Part shown: positions 1-7,351 of the stretch, in pieces
How the letters are laid out: each line of letters opens with the position of its first letter
How positions within the stretch are numbered: position 1 is the stretch's first letter
Source of the DNA: Clostridia bacterium
Lineage (GTDB): Bacteria > Bacillota > Clostridia > Oscillospirales > CAG-382
Reading direction: 5' to 3'
Assembly: GCA_017563195.1 (NCBI GenBank)
Contig: JAFXDO010000037.1
Span: 1-53,327 of the forward strand
Length of the DNA stretch: 53,327 bases
Program-made: the position numbers and the translations under genes
The notes under the pieces: model-generated
Told to the model about the DNA's origin: nothing
Database searches by the model: none
Seen by the model: only the letters and a program-made list of their open reading frames with translations

Positions 1-7
1 CATCAAA

Positions 8-42
8 AATCCGCGATATACGCTCGTATTATCGCGGATTTC
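8..42. terminator. Intrinsic terminator-like hairpin
   Basis: aaatccgcgata...tatcgcggattt inverted repeat with A-rich and T-rich flanks, downstream of glnA. Confidence 0.6.
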
Positions 43-76
43 TTCTTTGTCTTGCGACAAAACTATCTGATTTTAA

Positions 77-217
77 GGTGCGTAGCAGTTTTGCGCGTAT
101 GCGATTTGTTCTGTAACGACGGCGAAAAACGAAGGAATACCAGCGTATTTCAAGGTTTTTTGACTAAGTTACAGGGCAAAGCGGTAGCGCAAAACCGTTT
201 TCTCACTGTGGCGCATC
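77..217. repeat. Nested imperfect palindrome (REP/MITE-like intergenic element)
   Basis: Nested arms ggtgcg/cgcatc, gttttgcgc/gcgcaaaac, tttgttctgtaac/gttacagggcaaa, aaaaac/gttttt, gaatac/gtattt around a cagc loop. Confidence 0.55.
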
Positions 218-246
218 GCCCAACCGCAGGCGTTTTTTATTGCGAA

Positions 247-1671
247 TTATAAATTGTAATACTTATCGAATTCCGCAGGATGAGGGATCTGCGAAAGCTG
301 ACGGCATTCCTCACGCTTATTCTTGATGAAGCTGTTGAGCAGCTCCTTCGGGAATACTCCGCCCTCGGTAAGGAACGCGTTGTCCTTTTCAAGTGCGTCA
401 AGTGCTTCCTCAAGCGACGCAGGAAGGTGATGAAGCTTTGCCTTTTCCTCGTCACTGAGGTGATAAAGATTGACGTCGTAGGGACCCCATCCATTTGCGT
501 GAGGATCGATCTTGTTCTTGACACCGTCGAGACCCGCCATAAGGATAGCTGCATAGCAGAAGTAGGGGTTGCAGGTCGCATCGGGGTTACGAAGCTCGAA
601 GCGACGCTTGTCAGGGCTCTTCGCATATGCGGGTATACGGATGACCGCACTTCTGTTAGAGGTTGCGTAACCGACGGTAACAGGCGCCTCAAATCCGGGA
701 ACAAGACGCTTGAAGGAATTGGTACTCGGGTTGGTTATAGCACAAAGAGCGGCGATATGCTTCAGCAATCCGCCCATAAAGTAATGTGCAGTTTCGCTGA
801 GGTGTGCGTATCCGTTATCATCGGAGAAGACAGGCTGACCGTCCTTAAGGAGAAGCATATGAACGTGCATACCGCTGCCCGCCTCACCATAGATGGGCTT
901 GGGCATAAATGTCGCGGTCTTGCCGTACTTGAGCGCGGTGTTATGGATGATATATTTGATCAACATGGTCGCGTCAGCCATAGTGGACATTTTTCCGAGC
1001 TGAGGCTCGATTTCAAACTGTCCCGACGCAGCAACCTCGGGGTGATGGTAGTTGATCTCGATGCCCGCATCCTTCATATGCATGCACATTTCGCTTCTGC
1101 ATTCATATGAAACGTCAAACGGCTTTGCGATATGGTAAGCCTTCTGCTTGGGAACAACGACACCTCTTCCCTCGCAGGAGCTGTTCCAGTATGACTGAAC
1201 AGCGTCGAGGTTAACGCCGATGCTGTTGGACTCGACCGACCAGCCTACGTTATCGAAAAGATAGAATTCAAACTCGGGAAGGATAAGCATCGTATCCGCG
1301 ATACCCGAATCCTGCATATACTTTTCTGCCGCAAGAACTATATTTCGCGGGTACTGAGCAAGCGGACGGTTTTCGGGCGAATCGATAATCATCGCATTAC
1401 CCGTCATTGTAAGCGTGGGAATCGAGCAGAAGGGGTCGATAAGCGCCGTGTCGGGATCGGGTATAAATACCATATCACTCTTTTCAACGACTGCATATCC
1501 ATAGTTTGAAGCATCAAAGCCGATACCGCTTTTCAAGGTATCCTCCGAAAAGTTTTCGGCAGGTATCGTCACGTGGCGATACTGACCGTTGATATCGACC
1601 ATCTTGAAGTCGACCATCTTGATTCCGTTATCTTTGATTATATTGAGTATATCCTGAACAGTTTTTGCCAT
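247..1671 (-). CDS. glnA: Glutamine synthetase type I
   Basis: FDASN, EFEFYLF, HHPEVA, TFMPKP..GSGMHVH, NRSAVIRIP, RFELRNPD motifs. Start moved to MAKT (1671) behind an AAGGAG RBS. Confidence 0.95.
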   Translation of the reverse strand: MAKTVQDILNIIKDNGIKMVDFKMVDINGQYRHVTIPAENFSEDTLKSGIGFDASNYGYAVVEKSDMVFIPDPDTALIDPFCSIPTLTMTGNAMIIDSPENRPLAQYPRNIVLAAEKYMQDSGIADTMLILPEFEFYLFDNVGWSVESNSIGVNLDAVQSYWNSSCEGRGVVVPKQKAYHIAKPFDVSYECRSEMCMHMKDAGIEINYHHPEVAASGQFEIEPQLGKMSTMADATMLIKYIIHNTALKYGKTATFMPKPIYGEAGSGMHVHMLLLKDGQPVFSDDNGYAHLSETAHYFMGGLLKHIAALCAITNPSTNSFKRLVPGFEAPVTVGYATSNRSAVIRIPAYAKSPDKRRFELRNPDATCNPYFCYAAILMAGLDGVKNKIDPHANGWGPYDVNLYHLSDEEKAKLHHLPASLEEALDALEKDNAFLTEGGVFPKELLNSFIKNKREECRQLSQIPHPAEFDKYYNL

Positions 1672-1696
1672 ATTTTTACTCCTTTGCGTTTTTTTC

Positions 1697-1725
1697 AGTA
1701 TATCATATTGAAAAATATCTGTCAA
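1697..1725 (-). promoter_or_regulatory. Sigma-A promoter of glnA
   Basis: TTGACA-17 bp-TATACT with TG extended -10 on the minus strand. Confidence 0.7.
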
Positions 1726-1761
1726 CAAACAACAAAAGAGGACCACTCAAATCCCTTCGAT

Positions 1762-1899
1762 TCAAAACAAAAAGCCGCACTTCGTACGGTTCTTTCTTTT
1801 GGAGCTGGTGGAGGGATTTTTTGTTTTAGAAAACTCCTCGTAAAACAATACGACCTGTGTTGCAAAATCAAGAGATTTATCGAGCAAAGGAATGTTCAT
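1762..1899 (-). pseudogene. Truncated four-helix-bundle (23S rRNA IVS-protein/Avd-like) gene fragment
   Basis: Hand translation MNIPLLDKSLDFATQVVLFYEEFSKTK, then runs into the duplicated tRNA 3' end. GAGGTG RBS. N-terminus resembles the L.DKS..FA.. start of four-helix-bundle proteins. Confidence 0.5.
1797..1819 (-). repeat. Duplicated tRNA-Thr 3' end (att-like direct repeat)
   Basis: ttttggagctggtggagggattt occurs at 1797-1819 and again at 2100-2122 (tRNA 3' end). Confidence 0.85.
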
Positions 1900-1940
1900 T
1901 CATCATCACCTCTGAATGCATTATACCATATTGTACGACT

Positions 1941-2102
1941 TAATTCAATGCTTTGCGAAGCAAAGCTACCTTTTCTTTTATCTCTTCTCTCTTATCTTTT
2001 CTCTGGAAACGACAATTTGAGAGAAGAGAGAAGAATGAAAAGAGAAAAGTGAAAAGAACAAAAAGAAACGACAATCTTCTGTCGAAAATTGTCGTTTCTT
2101 TT
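1941..2102 (-). mobile_element. 162-bp tRNA-3'-associated structured element, copy 1
   Basis: Starts right after the tRNA-Thr CCA. Ungapped match to 3521-3682 with 10 mismatches in 162 nt by manual alignment. Confidence 0.75.
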
Positions 2103-2177
2103 TGGAGCTGGTGGAGGGATTTGAACCCTCGGCCTATTGATTACGAATCAATTGCGCTACCCCTGCGCCACACCAGC
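2103..2177 (-). tRNA. tRNA-Thr(CGT)
   Basis: Cloverleaf GCTGGTG...CACCAGC-T-CCA, anticodon arm ATTGA-TTCGTAA-TCAAT, GGTTCAAATCC T-arm. Confidence 0.95.
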
Positions 2178-2207
2178 ATAGCACCCACATCTGCAGGCGC
2201 AAAATGG

Positions 2208-2236
2208 ATTATAACATTTTTTTGAAGGCTTGTCAA
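2208..2236 (-). promoter_or_regulatory. Consensus sigma-A promoter of tRNA-Thr
   Basis: TTGACA-17 bp-TATAAT with TG extension. Confidence 0.85.
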
Positions 2237-2281
2237 TACAATTTTCGGATTATTCGGGCTTTCATTCCCAAAAGCAGAGGA

Positions 2282-3301
2282 TCAGACGAAGTGCTTACAT
2301 CTTACCGAGAAAAAGTCCTTTACGTTCTTATTTTTCATAGGAGCAAGTACGATTATTCCTATCGCAAACACGACCGTCACGCCCAACCCGCCCTCGGGTC
2401 CGAAGGCGCCTCCGCTCCAAAGCGTCGAGCCGTTGTGAACAGTTGTAAACAGCGTTTCGGAAACGTCTCCGCCGCTGACGCTGCAGCCGAAAATATTACC
2501 CTGCGCGAAGTTCCAAACAGAATGTATCGCACATATCCCCCAGATGCTTCCTCTGCGAAGATAAAACAACGTAGCGAAAACGCCGAAGAGGAAGAGATTA
2601 AAAACTGCGAGCGGAGTTATGCCGGGATTTGCGAAGTGAAGCCAAGCAAAAACACCCGAATTAAGCAACAACGCTATCAATACACCTTGGTTCGCCGCAA
2701 CGGTCGTAAACAAAAAGCCTCGCAACATTATCTCCTCGCTTGCGCCCTGTATTATATATGCAAGGAAGAAGATCAAAATGCTTTCATACGACACGCCTGC
2801 ATTAAAGCCCCCGAAGGAAATATCTCCGCTCAAAATAGCACATCCGTACGCGAAGGAAAACATCAAGACACCGATGAGAAGCCCGACAAGGTACTCTCTA
2901 AGCATTCCCTTCTTAGCAAGCCCTACTGTGAAAAGGCGCCGCTTTTCGACTATAACGCAATATGCAACCACCGCAATGATGACAGCAACTGTCGAAAACA
3001 GGTTGACATAATTCACCCAAATCGGTGCATCTGCGTAAAATCTGGTAAGTGCCTCGTCGAGAGTCTTGGACATCGTTTCGTTATCGACGTCGCTTTGAGA
3101 CATAAGCGCGACCACCTCGGGATCTTCGGATACGGCGGCATAGGTCGGAATGGCTATGATAAAATTCGAACCGAGAGCACCAACCATATAGACGACGAGG
3201 CATATCAAAGCAATCAAAATCAGACTGCGTTTTTTTGTAGTCGCAGCCGTTTCATCTATTGCAGAATTTGTACGAAAGAAGCGAAGCATCAAGCAATTCA
3301 T
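2282..3301 (-). CDS. CPBP family (Abi/CAAX) intramembrane metalloprotease
   Basis: EEIMLRG, FAWLH and HSVWN motifs, multiple TM segments, GGAFGPEG tail. Confidence 0.9.
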   Translation of the reverse strand: MNCLMLRFFRTNSAIDETAATTKKRSLILIALICLVVYMVGALGSNFIIAIPTYAAVSEDPEVVALMSQSDVDNETMSKTLDEALTRFYADAPIWVNYVNLFSTVAVIIAVVAYCVIVEKRRLFTVGLAKKGMLREYLVGLLIGVLMFSFAYGCAILSGDISFGGFNAGVSYESILIFFLAYIIQGASEEIMLRGFLFTTVAANQGVLIALLLNSGVFAWLHFANPGITPLAVFNLFLFGVFATLFYLRRGSIWGICAIHSVWNFAQGNIFGCSVSGGDVSETLFTTVHNGSTLWSGGAFGPEGGLGVTVVFAIGIIVLAPMKNKNVKDFFSVRCKHFV

Positions 3302-3374
3302 CCTTTAGAGTTTCTTGGTATATTTTATCACAATATATTTTATTAGTCAACACGAACTCTTGATGAAAAAGTAC

Positions 3375-3403
3375 TTGCAAAATGAAAAACTATGTGATAT
3401 AAT
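3375..3403 (+). promoter_or_regulatory. Sigma-A promoter of tRNA-Leu
   Basis: TTGCAA-17 bp-TATAAT with TG extension. Confidence 0.8.
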
Positions 3404-3433
3404 ACACCTTGCGCGATGAAGGCGCAAGCAATT

Positions 3434-3520
3434 GCCGGAATGATGGAATTGGCAGACGTGCTGGACTCAAAATCCAGTGGTAGCGATACCGTGCGGGTTC
3501 GACCCCCGCTTCCGGCACCA
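3434..3520 (+). tRNA. tRNA-Leu(CAA)
   Basis: GCCGGAA...TTCCGGC-A-CCA acceptor, anticodon arm CTGGA-CTCAAAA-TCCAG, long variable arm, GGTTCGACCCC T-arm. Confidence 0.95.
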
Positions 3521-3682
3521 AAAAGAAACGACAATTTTCGACAGAAGATTGTCGTTTCTTTTTGTTCTTTTCACTTTTATCTTTTCGTTCTTCTCTTTTC
3601 TCACAAATTGTCGTTTCCAGAGAAAAGATAAGAGAGAAAAGTGAAGAGAAAAGGTAGCTTTGCTCCGCAAAGCGTTGAATTA
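3521..3682 (+). mobile_element. 162-bp tRNA-3'-associated structured element, copy 2
   Basis: Starts right after the tRNA-Leu CCA. Terminator hairpin, 7-nt periodic pyrimidine and purine arms, gctttgc-tcc-gcaaagc hairpin, terminal TTGAAT. Confidence 0.75.
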
Positions 3683-3724
3683 TATAATAATTTGTGATAC
3701 AATTAACATAAAGAGGTGATTTCT

Positions 3725-4210
3725 ATGGTAAATAGCAACTTCAAACATATTGACCCAGATGAATTTCATGACAAAGAACTTATTTTTCACGATTGCGTAG
3801 CGGATCATGTTTCATGCGTAGATGGTATACTCCGCTTCCATTTTCCGGACGGTTTTTGGGTTACTCCTAACCATAAAGAAAGTCACTGTGATAAAGTAGT
3901 ACGGACAAATGCATCAGCTGTTGTTTTTTCTCTCAAAAACATTAATAATGCCTATGTTCGTGTGTTCACTCGGAATATTTTCAAGAAAACATATACAGAT
4001 GTTTGGGAAATAAATAAGCTTGTTTCCACAATAAACAACGGAGAATGTTCGATAGAATTTATTTATCAGTACAGAACCTATTTCGAGCAGATGTGGCATT
4101 GTGTAATTCATTCCAAGAAAAAGCCGTATTATAGGGAATGCCAACTGCACTTGCCGGAAACAGAAGCAACTTTCTTTTGGAATGATCTTCGTCCGGATCG
4201 TGAATGGTAG
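3725..4210 (+). CDS. Hypothetical protein (AT-rich accessory gene)
   Basis: ORF with AGAGGTGA RBS before the ATG at 3725. No family recognised. Confidence 0.75.
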   Translation: MVNSNFKHIDPDEFHDKELIFHDCVADHVSCVDGILRFHFPDGFWVTPNHKESHCDKVVRTNASAVVFSLKNINNAYVRVFTRNIFKKTYTDVWEINKLVSTINNGECSIEFIYQYRTYFEQMWHCVIHSKKKPYYRECQLHLPETEATFFWNDLRPDREW

Positions 4211-4331
4211 TCTGCACTACTTTTAGGCTTTTTTACCTGCCCGACGGGGTTCGGAAAACCGCAAGTTTATGCGGAATGGGCGGTTATAAGTGATATATAG
4301 AAACTGTCAAATGATTTGGTAGGAGAGCGGT

Positions 4332-4796
4332 ATGTCAAGGTATGAAGAAATCGAGCTGACAAATATGTGTATGATTTGTGACGGCAAAGGAAACGTACTT
4401 GTCCAGAACAAGAAAAATCATCCAACCTGGTGCGGTTGGAATTTTCCGGGTGGGCACGTAGAAAGAGGGGAATTTGTCACACCGTCCGTAATCCGCGAAA
4501 TGAAAGAAGAAACCGGATTGACCATAGATAGTCCAAGGCTATGCGGAATTAAAGAGTTCCACAAATCAAAGGACGGAAAAAGATACATTGTTTTTTTGTA
4601 CGTTGCCAACCATTTCTCCGGTGAACTTAAATCATCCTCAGAGGGAGAAGTATTTTGGCACCCGTTATCTGAGCTGACGCACTCGGATAAGCTTATCGAC
4701 GGTTTTAGAGAAATGTTGCCCGTTTTTATTTCCGATGAAATTAACGAGGTTTACTACGAACGCTGTGAAGACGAACTGAAGACCATATTTTGCTGA
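4332..4796 (+). CDS. NUDIX hydrolase (MutT-like)
   Basis: Nudix box GGHVERGE...REMKEETG, AGGAG RBS. Confidence 0.92.
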   Translation: MSRYEEIELTNMCMICDGKGNVLVQNKKNHPTWCGWNFPGGHVERGEFVTPSVIREMKEETGLTIDSPRLCGIKEFHKSKDGKRYIVFLYVANHFSGELKSSSEGEVFWHPLSELTHSDKLIDGFREMLPVFISDEINEVYYERCEDELKTIFC

Positions 4797-4802
4797 TTTC
4801 AT

Positions 4803-4827
4803 AAAAGACGAGCAACGCTCGTCTTTT
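4803..4827. terminator. Bidirectional terminator
   Basis: aaaagacgagc-aac-gctcgtctttt between convergent genes. Confidence 0.8.
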
Positions 4828-5971
4828 ATTTATATTCCTTCGCTTTTTCAAGCAGCTCTTCCCTGCTATTATTGATTTCCTCATTAATGACAGCGCGCAG
4901 GAGCGACGCAAGTACGGCCCCGAGCTGCTTGGGTGCAAGACCCAATGCGAGCAGATCGTTACCCTTTATCGCAAGGTCTGATATAAACAAAGGCTCGTTT
5001 GACGATAAGACGCGCGATGAATTGTATTCCTCATCCTCTCCGTAAACCGCCTTGCGATAAGAGACGACGATTTCGGCATCATCCCGTCCGAGCGATGAGA
5101 TATACAGCTTCAGCTCGGGTAAAGACGGGGGGATCGGAGTCGAAACGGAAAGCAATCTGCAGATATGCTTTGTACGATTATCGGCACGCAAGGCAGAAAG
5201 CGTCGCCTCAATGCCTTCACCGCATAGACAATACAAACGCATCGCCGCATCGCCCGGACAACGCGAAACCGACTTGAAGTCGCCGTTTGCGGGAATTATT
5301 GCTCTGATCGCGTCGATATATTCGTCGATAACGTATTGACAGTTCTTGCCGAGGAGAAGCTTATTTAGCTCGGTATAGATACGCTCACCCGAAACAGACT
5401 TGACCGTATGCGCAAGTGTATTTATTGCTTTTGCGGTTTCTGCTTCTATTTGAAATCCGAGAGTGGACGAAAAGCGGAGCGCGCGAAGAATTCGCAACGC
5501 ATCCTCGGAAAAACGCTTGTAGGGGTCACCGACGGCTCGTATAACACGTTTTTCTATATCTTCCCTGCCGCCGTGCGGATCGACGATACCGACGGACGGT
5601 GAATAGGCAATTGCGTTAACGGTAAAGTCGCGTCTCGCGAGATCTCGATAAACCTCGCGCACAAACGTCACCGAATCGGGGTGGCGCGAATCGCTGTAGC
5701 CCGACTCGACGCGAAAGGTAGTCACTTCAAAAGGCTGTCCGTCGACCATAACCGTCACGGTCCCGTGCTTGATGCCGGTTTCCAAAACACGCAAGTCCGA
5801 AAACACCGACTTTGTCTCCTCGGGAAGCGAAGAGGTAGTTATATCAAAATCATTGACTTCCCTACCCATCAGCATATCTCTTACGCATCCGCCGACGACG
5901 TACGCCTCGAAGCCTGCAGTCTCGAGTCGTTTTATGATAAATTCTGCATTTTCGGGTAAATCAAGACGCAT
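4826..5971 (-). CDS. cca: CCA tRNA nucleotidyltransferase (class II)
   Basis: VGGCVRD, DFDI, RRDFTVNAIA, FSEDALRILRALRF motifs. Confidence 0.88.
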   Translation of the reverse strand: MRLDLPENAEFIIKRLETAGFEAYVVGGCVRDMLMGREVNDFDITTSSLPEETKSVFSDLRVLETGIKHGTVTVMVDGQPFEVTTFRVESGYSDSRHPDSVTFVREVYRDLARRDFTVNAIAYSPSVGIVDPHGGREDIEKRVIRAVGDPYKRFSEDALRILRALRFSSTLGFQIEAETAKAINTLAHTVKSVSGERIYTELNKLLLGKNCQYVIDEYIDAIRAIIPANGDFKSVSRCPGDAAMRLYCLCGEGIEATLSALRADNRTKHICRLLSVSTPIPPSLPELKLYISSLGRDDAEIVVSYRKAVYGEDEEYNSSRVLSSNEPLFISDLAIKGNDLLALGLAPKQLGAVLASLLRAVINEEINNSREELLEKAKEYK

Positions 5972-6069
5972 TTTTCCACCTCCCTGCCTTATTTTATCAC
6001 ATACCGACTACTTTTGCAACAACGCATTTTTTTATCGGTATTGAAATAGACTCTAACAGGTGATAAAGG

Positions 6070-7329
6070 TTGAAAAGAATAATGATGATAATCATTTGTA
6101 TGCTGTTGCTTGCCTCCTGCGAGGACTCGATAGTTACAAAAGAAAGTGAAATCGAAAAGCGATACAGAGTCGTGCCGATTGGTATGATTGCTGAAGACGA
6201 TGCAAGCGACGAAGCCTTGCGCGCAGTATGGGTCTCGCAATTCGATATGCACCCGATATACCGCGACGGCGGCAGACAGAGGGCCAAGCAGGACTACGCA
6301 AGGTTAGTTGAAGTTATGCTCGACAATCTTATAAGAGACGGATTTAACACAGTGCTGTTGCAGGTACGTCCGAACGGCGACAGCATGTTTGTAAGCGATA
6401 TCTATCCCACATCCAAGTACGTTGCGGGAAGCTACGGAGGCTCCGTCGAATACGACGCTGTCGGGATTTATCTTGACAGTGCAAAGAAAAAGGGCATATC
6501 CGTACACGCCTGGATCAATCCATACAGGCTTTGCTATGAGGAAGAGCTGATCGCATACGGCAGAGGAATCCTGTACGAATGGTATTGCGAAGGAATCGGA
6601 AAACGGATCGAGCGCGCTCCTGACGGACTGCTGTACCTCGACCCGAGCTATGACGAGGTGCACAGCCTGATCGCAGACGGTGCTTCGGAAATACTTGCCG
6701 AATACGACTTTGACGGCATACATCTCGACGACTACTTTTACCCAACCGAATTCGAATTCGACGACCTTTATGAATTCTCTCAAAGCGGTTATTCCGACTT
6801 AGGCGAATTTCGACGAAGCAACACCGAAAAGACGGTAAGAGCGCTTTATGAAGCGGTGCACGGCTATGACGGAAGGGTGTTCGGCGTTGCACCCGCAGGA
6901 AATATATATTCGCTTGAGTCGGGATGGTATATAGATATTTACGGTTGGCTGTCGTCAGACGGTTACGTAGACTACATTATGCCGCAATTATATTACGGCT
7001 TCAACAACGCAACCTGCCCGTTTGATACCGTTCTTACCGACTGGTGCAATGCCGTAAAGAACGACGGAATAAAGCTCTATATCGGGCTTTCGGCGGCGAA
7101 ATGCGCGCTCGGAAGCGAGGGCTTCGCAGACGCATATGCCGGAAGTAGCGGCAAATACGAGTGGCGCGACAGCAAGGATATACTTGCTCGCTCCTGCAAA
7201 GCCGCGCTGAACGTTTCAGACGGCGTATGTATCTTCTCCTATTCATCGTTTTACGACCCCATCACAGGAAAAAGCAACCCTCTGACCGACGAAGAGAGGA
7301 CTGCGTTTATCGAAGTAAAAGGCTCCTGA
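6070..7329 (+). CDS. GHL10 / YddW-like glycoside hydrolase lipoprotein
   Basis: Lipobox LLASC, LRAVWVS, QVRP.GD, HAWINPY, DGIHLDDYFYP, VDYIMPQLY. Confidence 0.85.
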   Translation: MKRIMMIIICMLLLASCEDSIVTKESEIEKRYRVVPIGMIAEDDASDEALRAVWVSQFDMHPIYRDGGRQRAKQDYARLVEVMLDNLIRDGFNTVLLQVRPNGDSMFVSDIYPTSKYVAGSYGGSVEYDAVGIYLDSAKKKGISVHAWINPYRLCYEEELIAYGRGILYEWYCEGIGKRIERAPDGLLYLDPSYDEVHSLIADGASEILAEYDFDGIHLDDYFYPTEFEFDDLYEFSQSGYSDLGEFRRSNTEKTVRALYEAVHGYDGRVFGVAPAGNIYSLESGWYIDIYGWLSSDGYVDYIMPQLYYGFNNATCPFDTVLTDWCNAVKNDGIKLYIGLSAAKCALGSEGFADAYAGSSGKYEWRDSKDILARSCKAALNVSDGVCIFSYSSFYDPITGKSNPLTDEERTAFIEVKGS

Positions 7330-7347
7330 GAAAAACTCAAGAGCCTT
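7318..7347. terminator. Bidirectional terminator
   Basis: aaaggctcctgag-aaaaa-ctcaagagccttt between convergent genes. Confidence 0.65.
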
Positions 7348-7351
7348 TATC

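Noticed and set aside
3521-3660. Possible CRISPR array from the recurring GAAACGACAAT/ATTGTCGTTTC motif
   Set aside because: Only three 11-mers in mixed orientation, no unique regularly sized spacers and no cas genes
1953-3670. Near-identical short ORFs 1953-2225 (+) and 3467-3670 (-), both starting MRSKATFS
   Set aside because: They are translations of the repeated 162-bp element running antisense into tRNAs, not credible proteins
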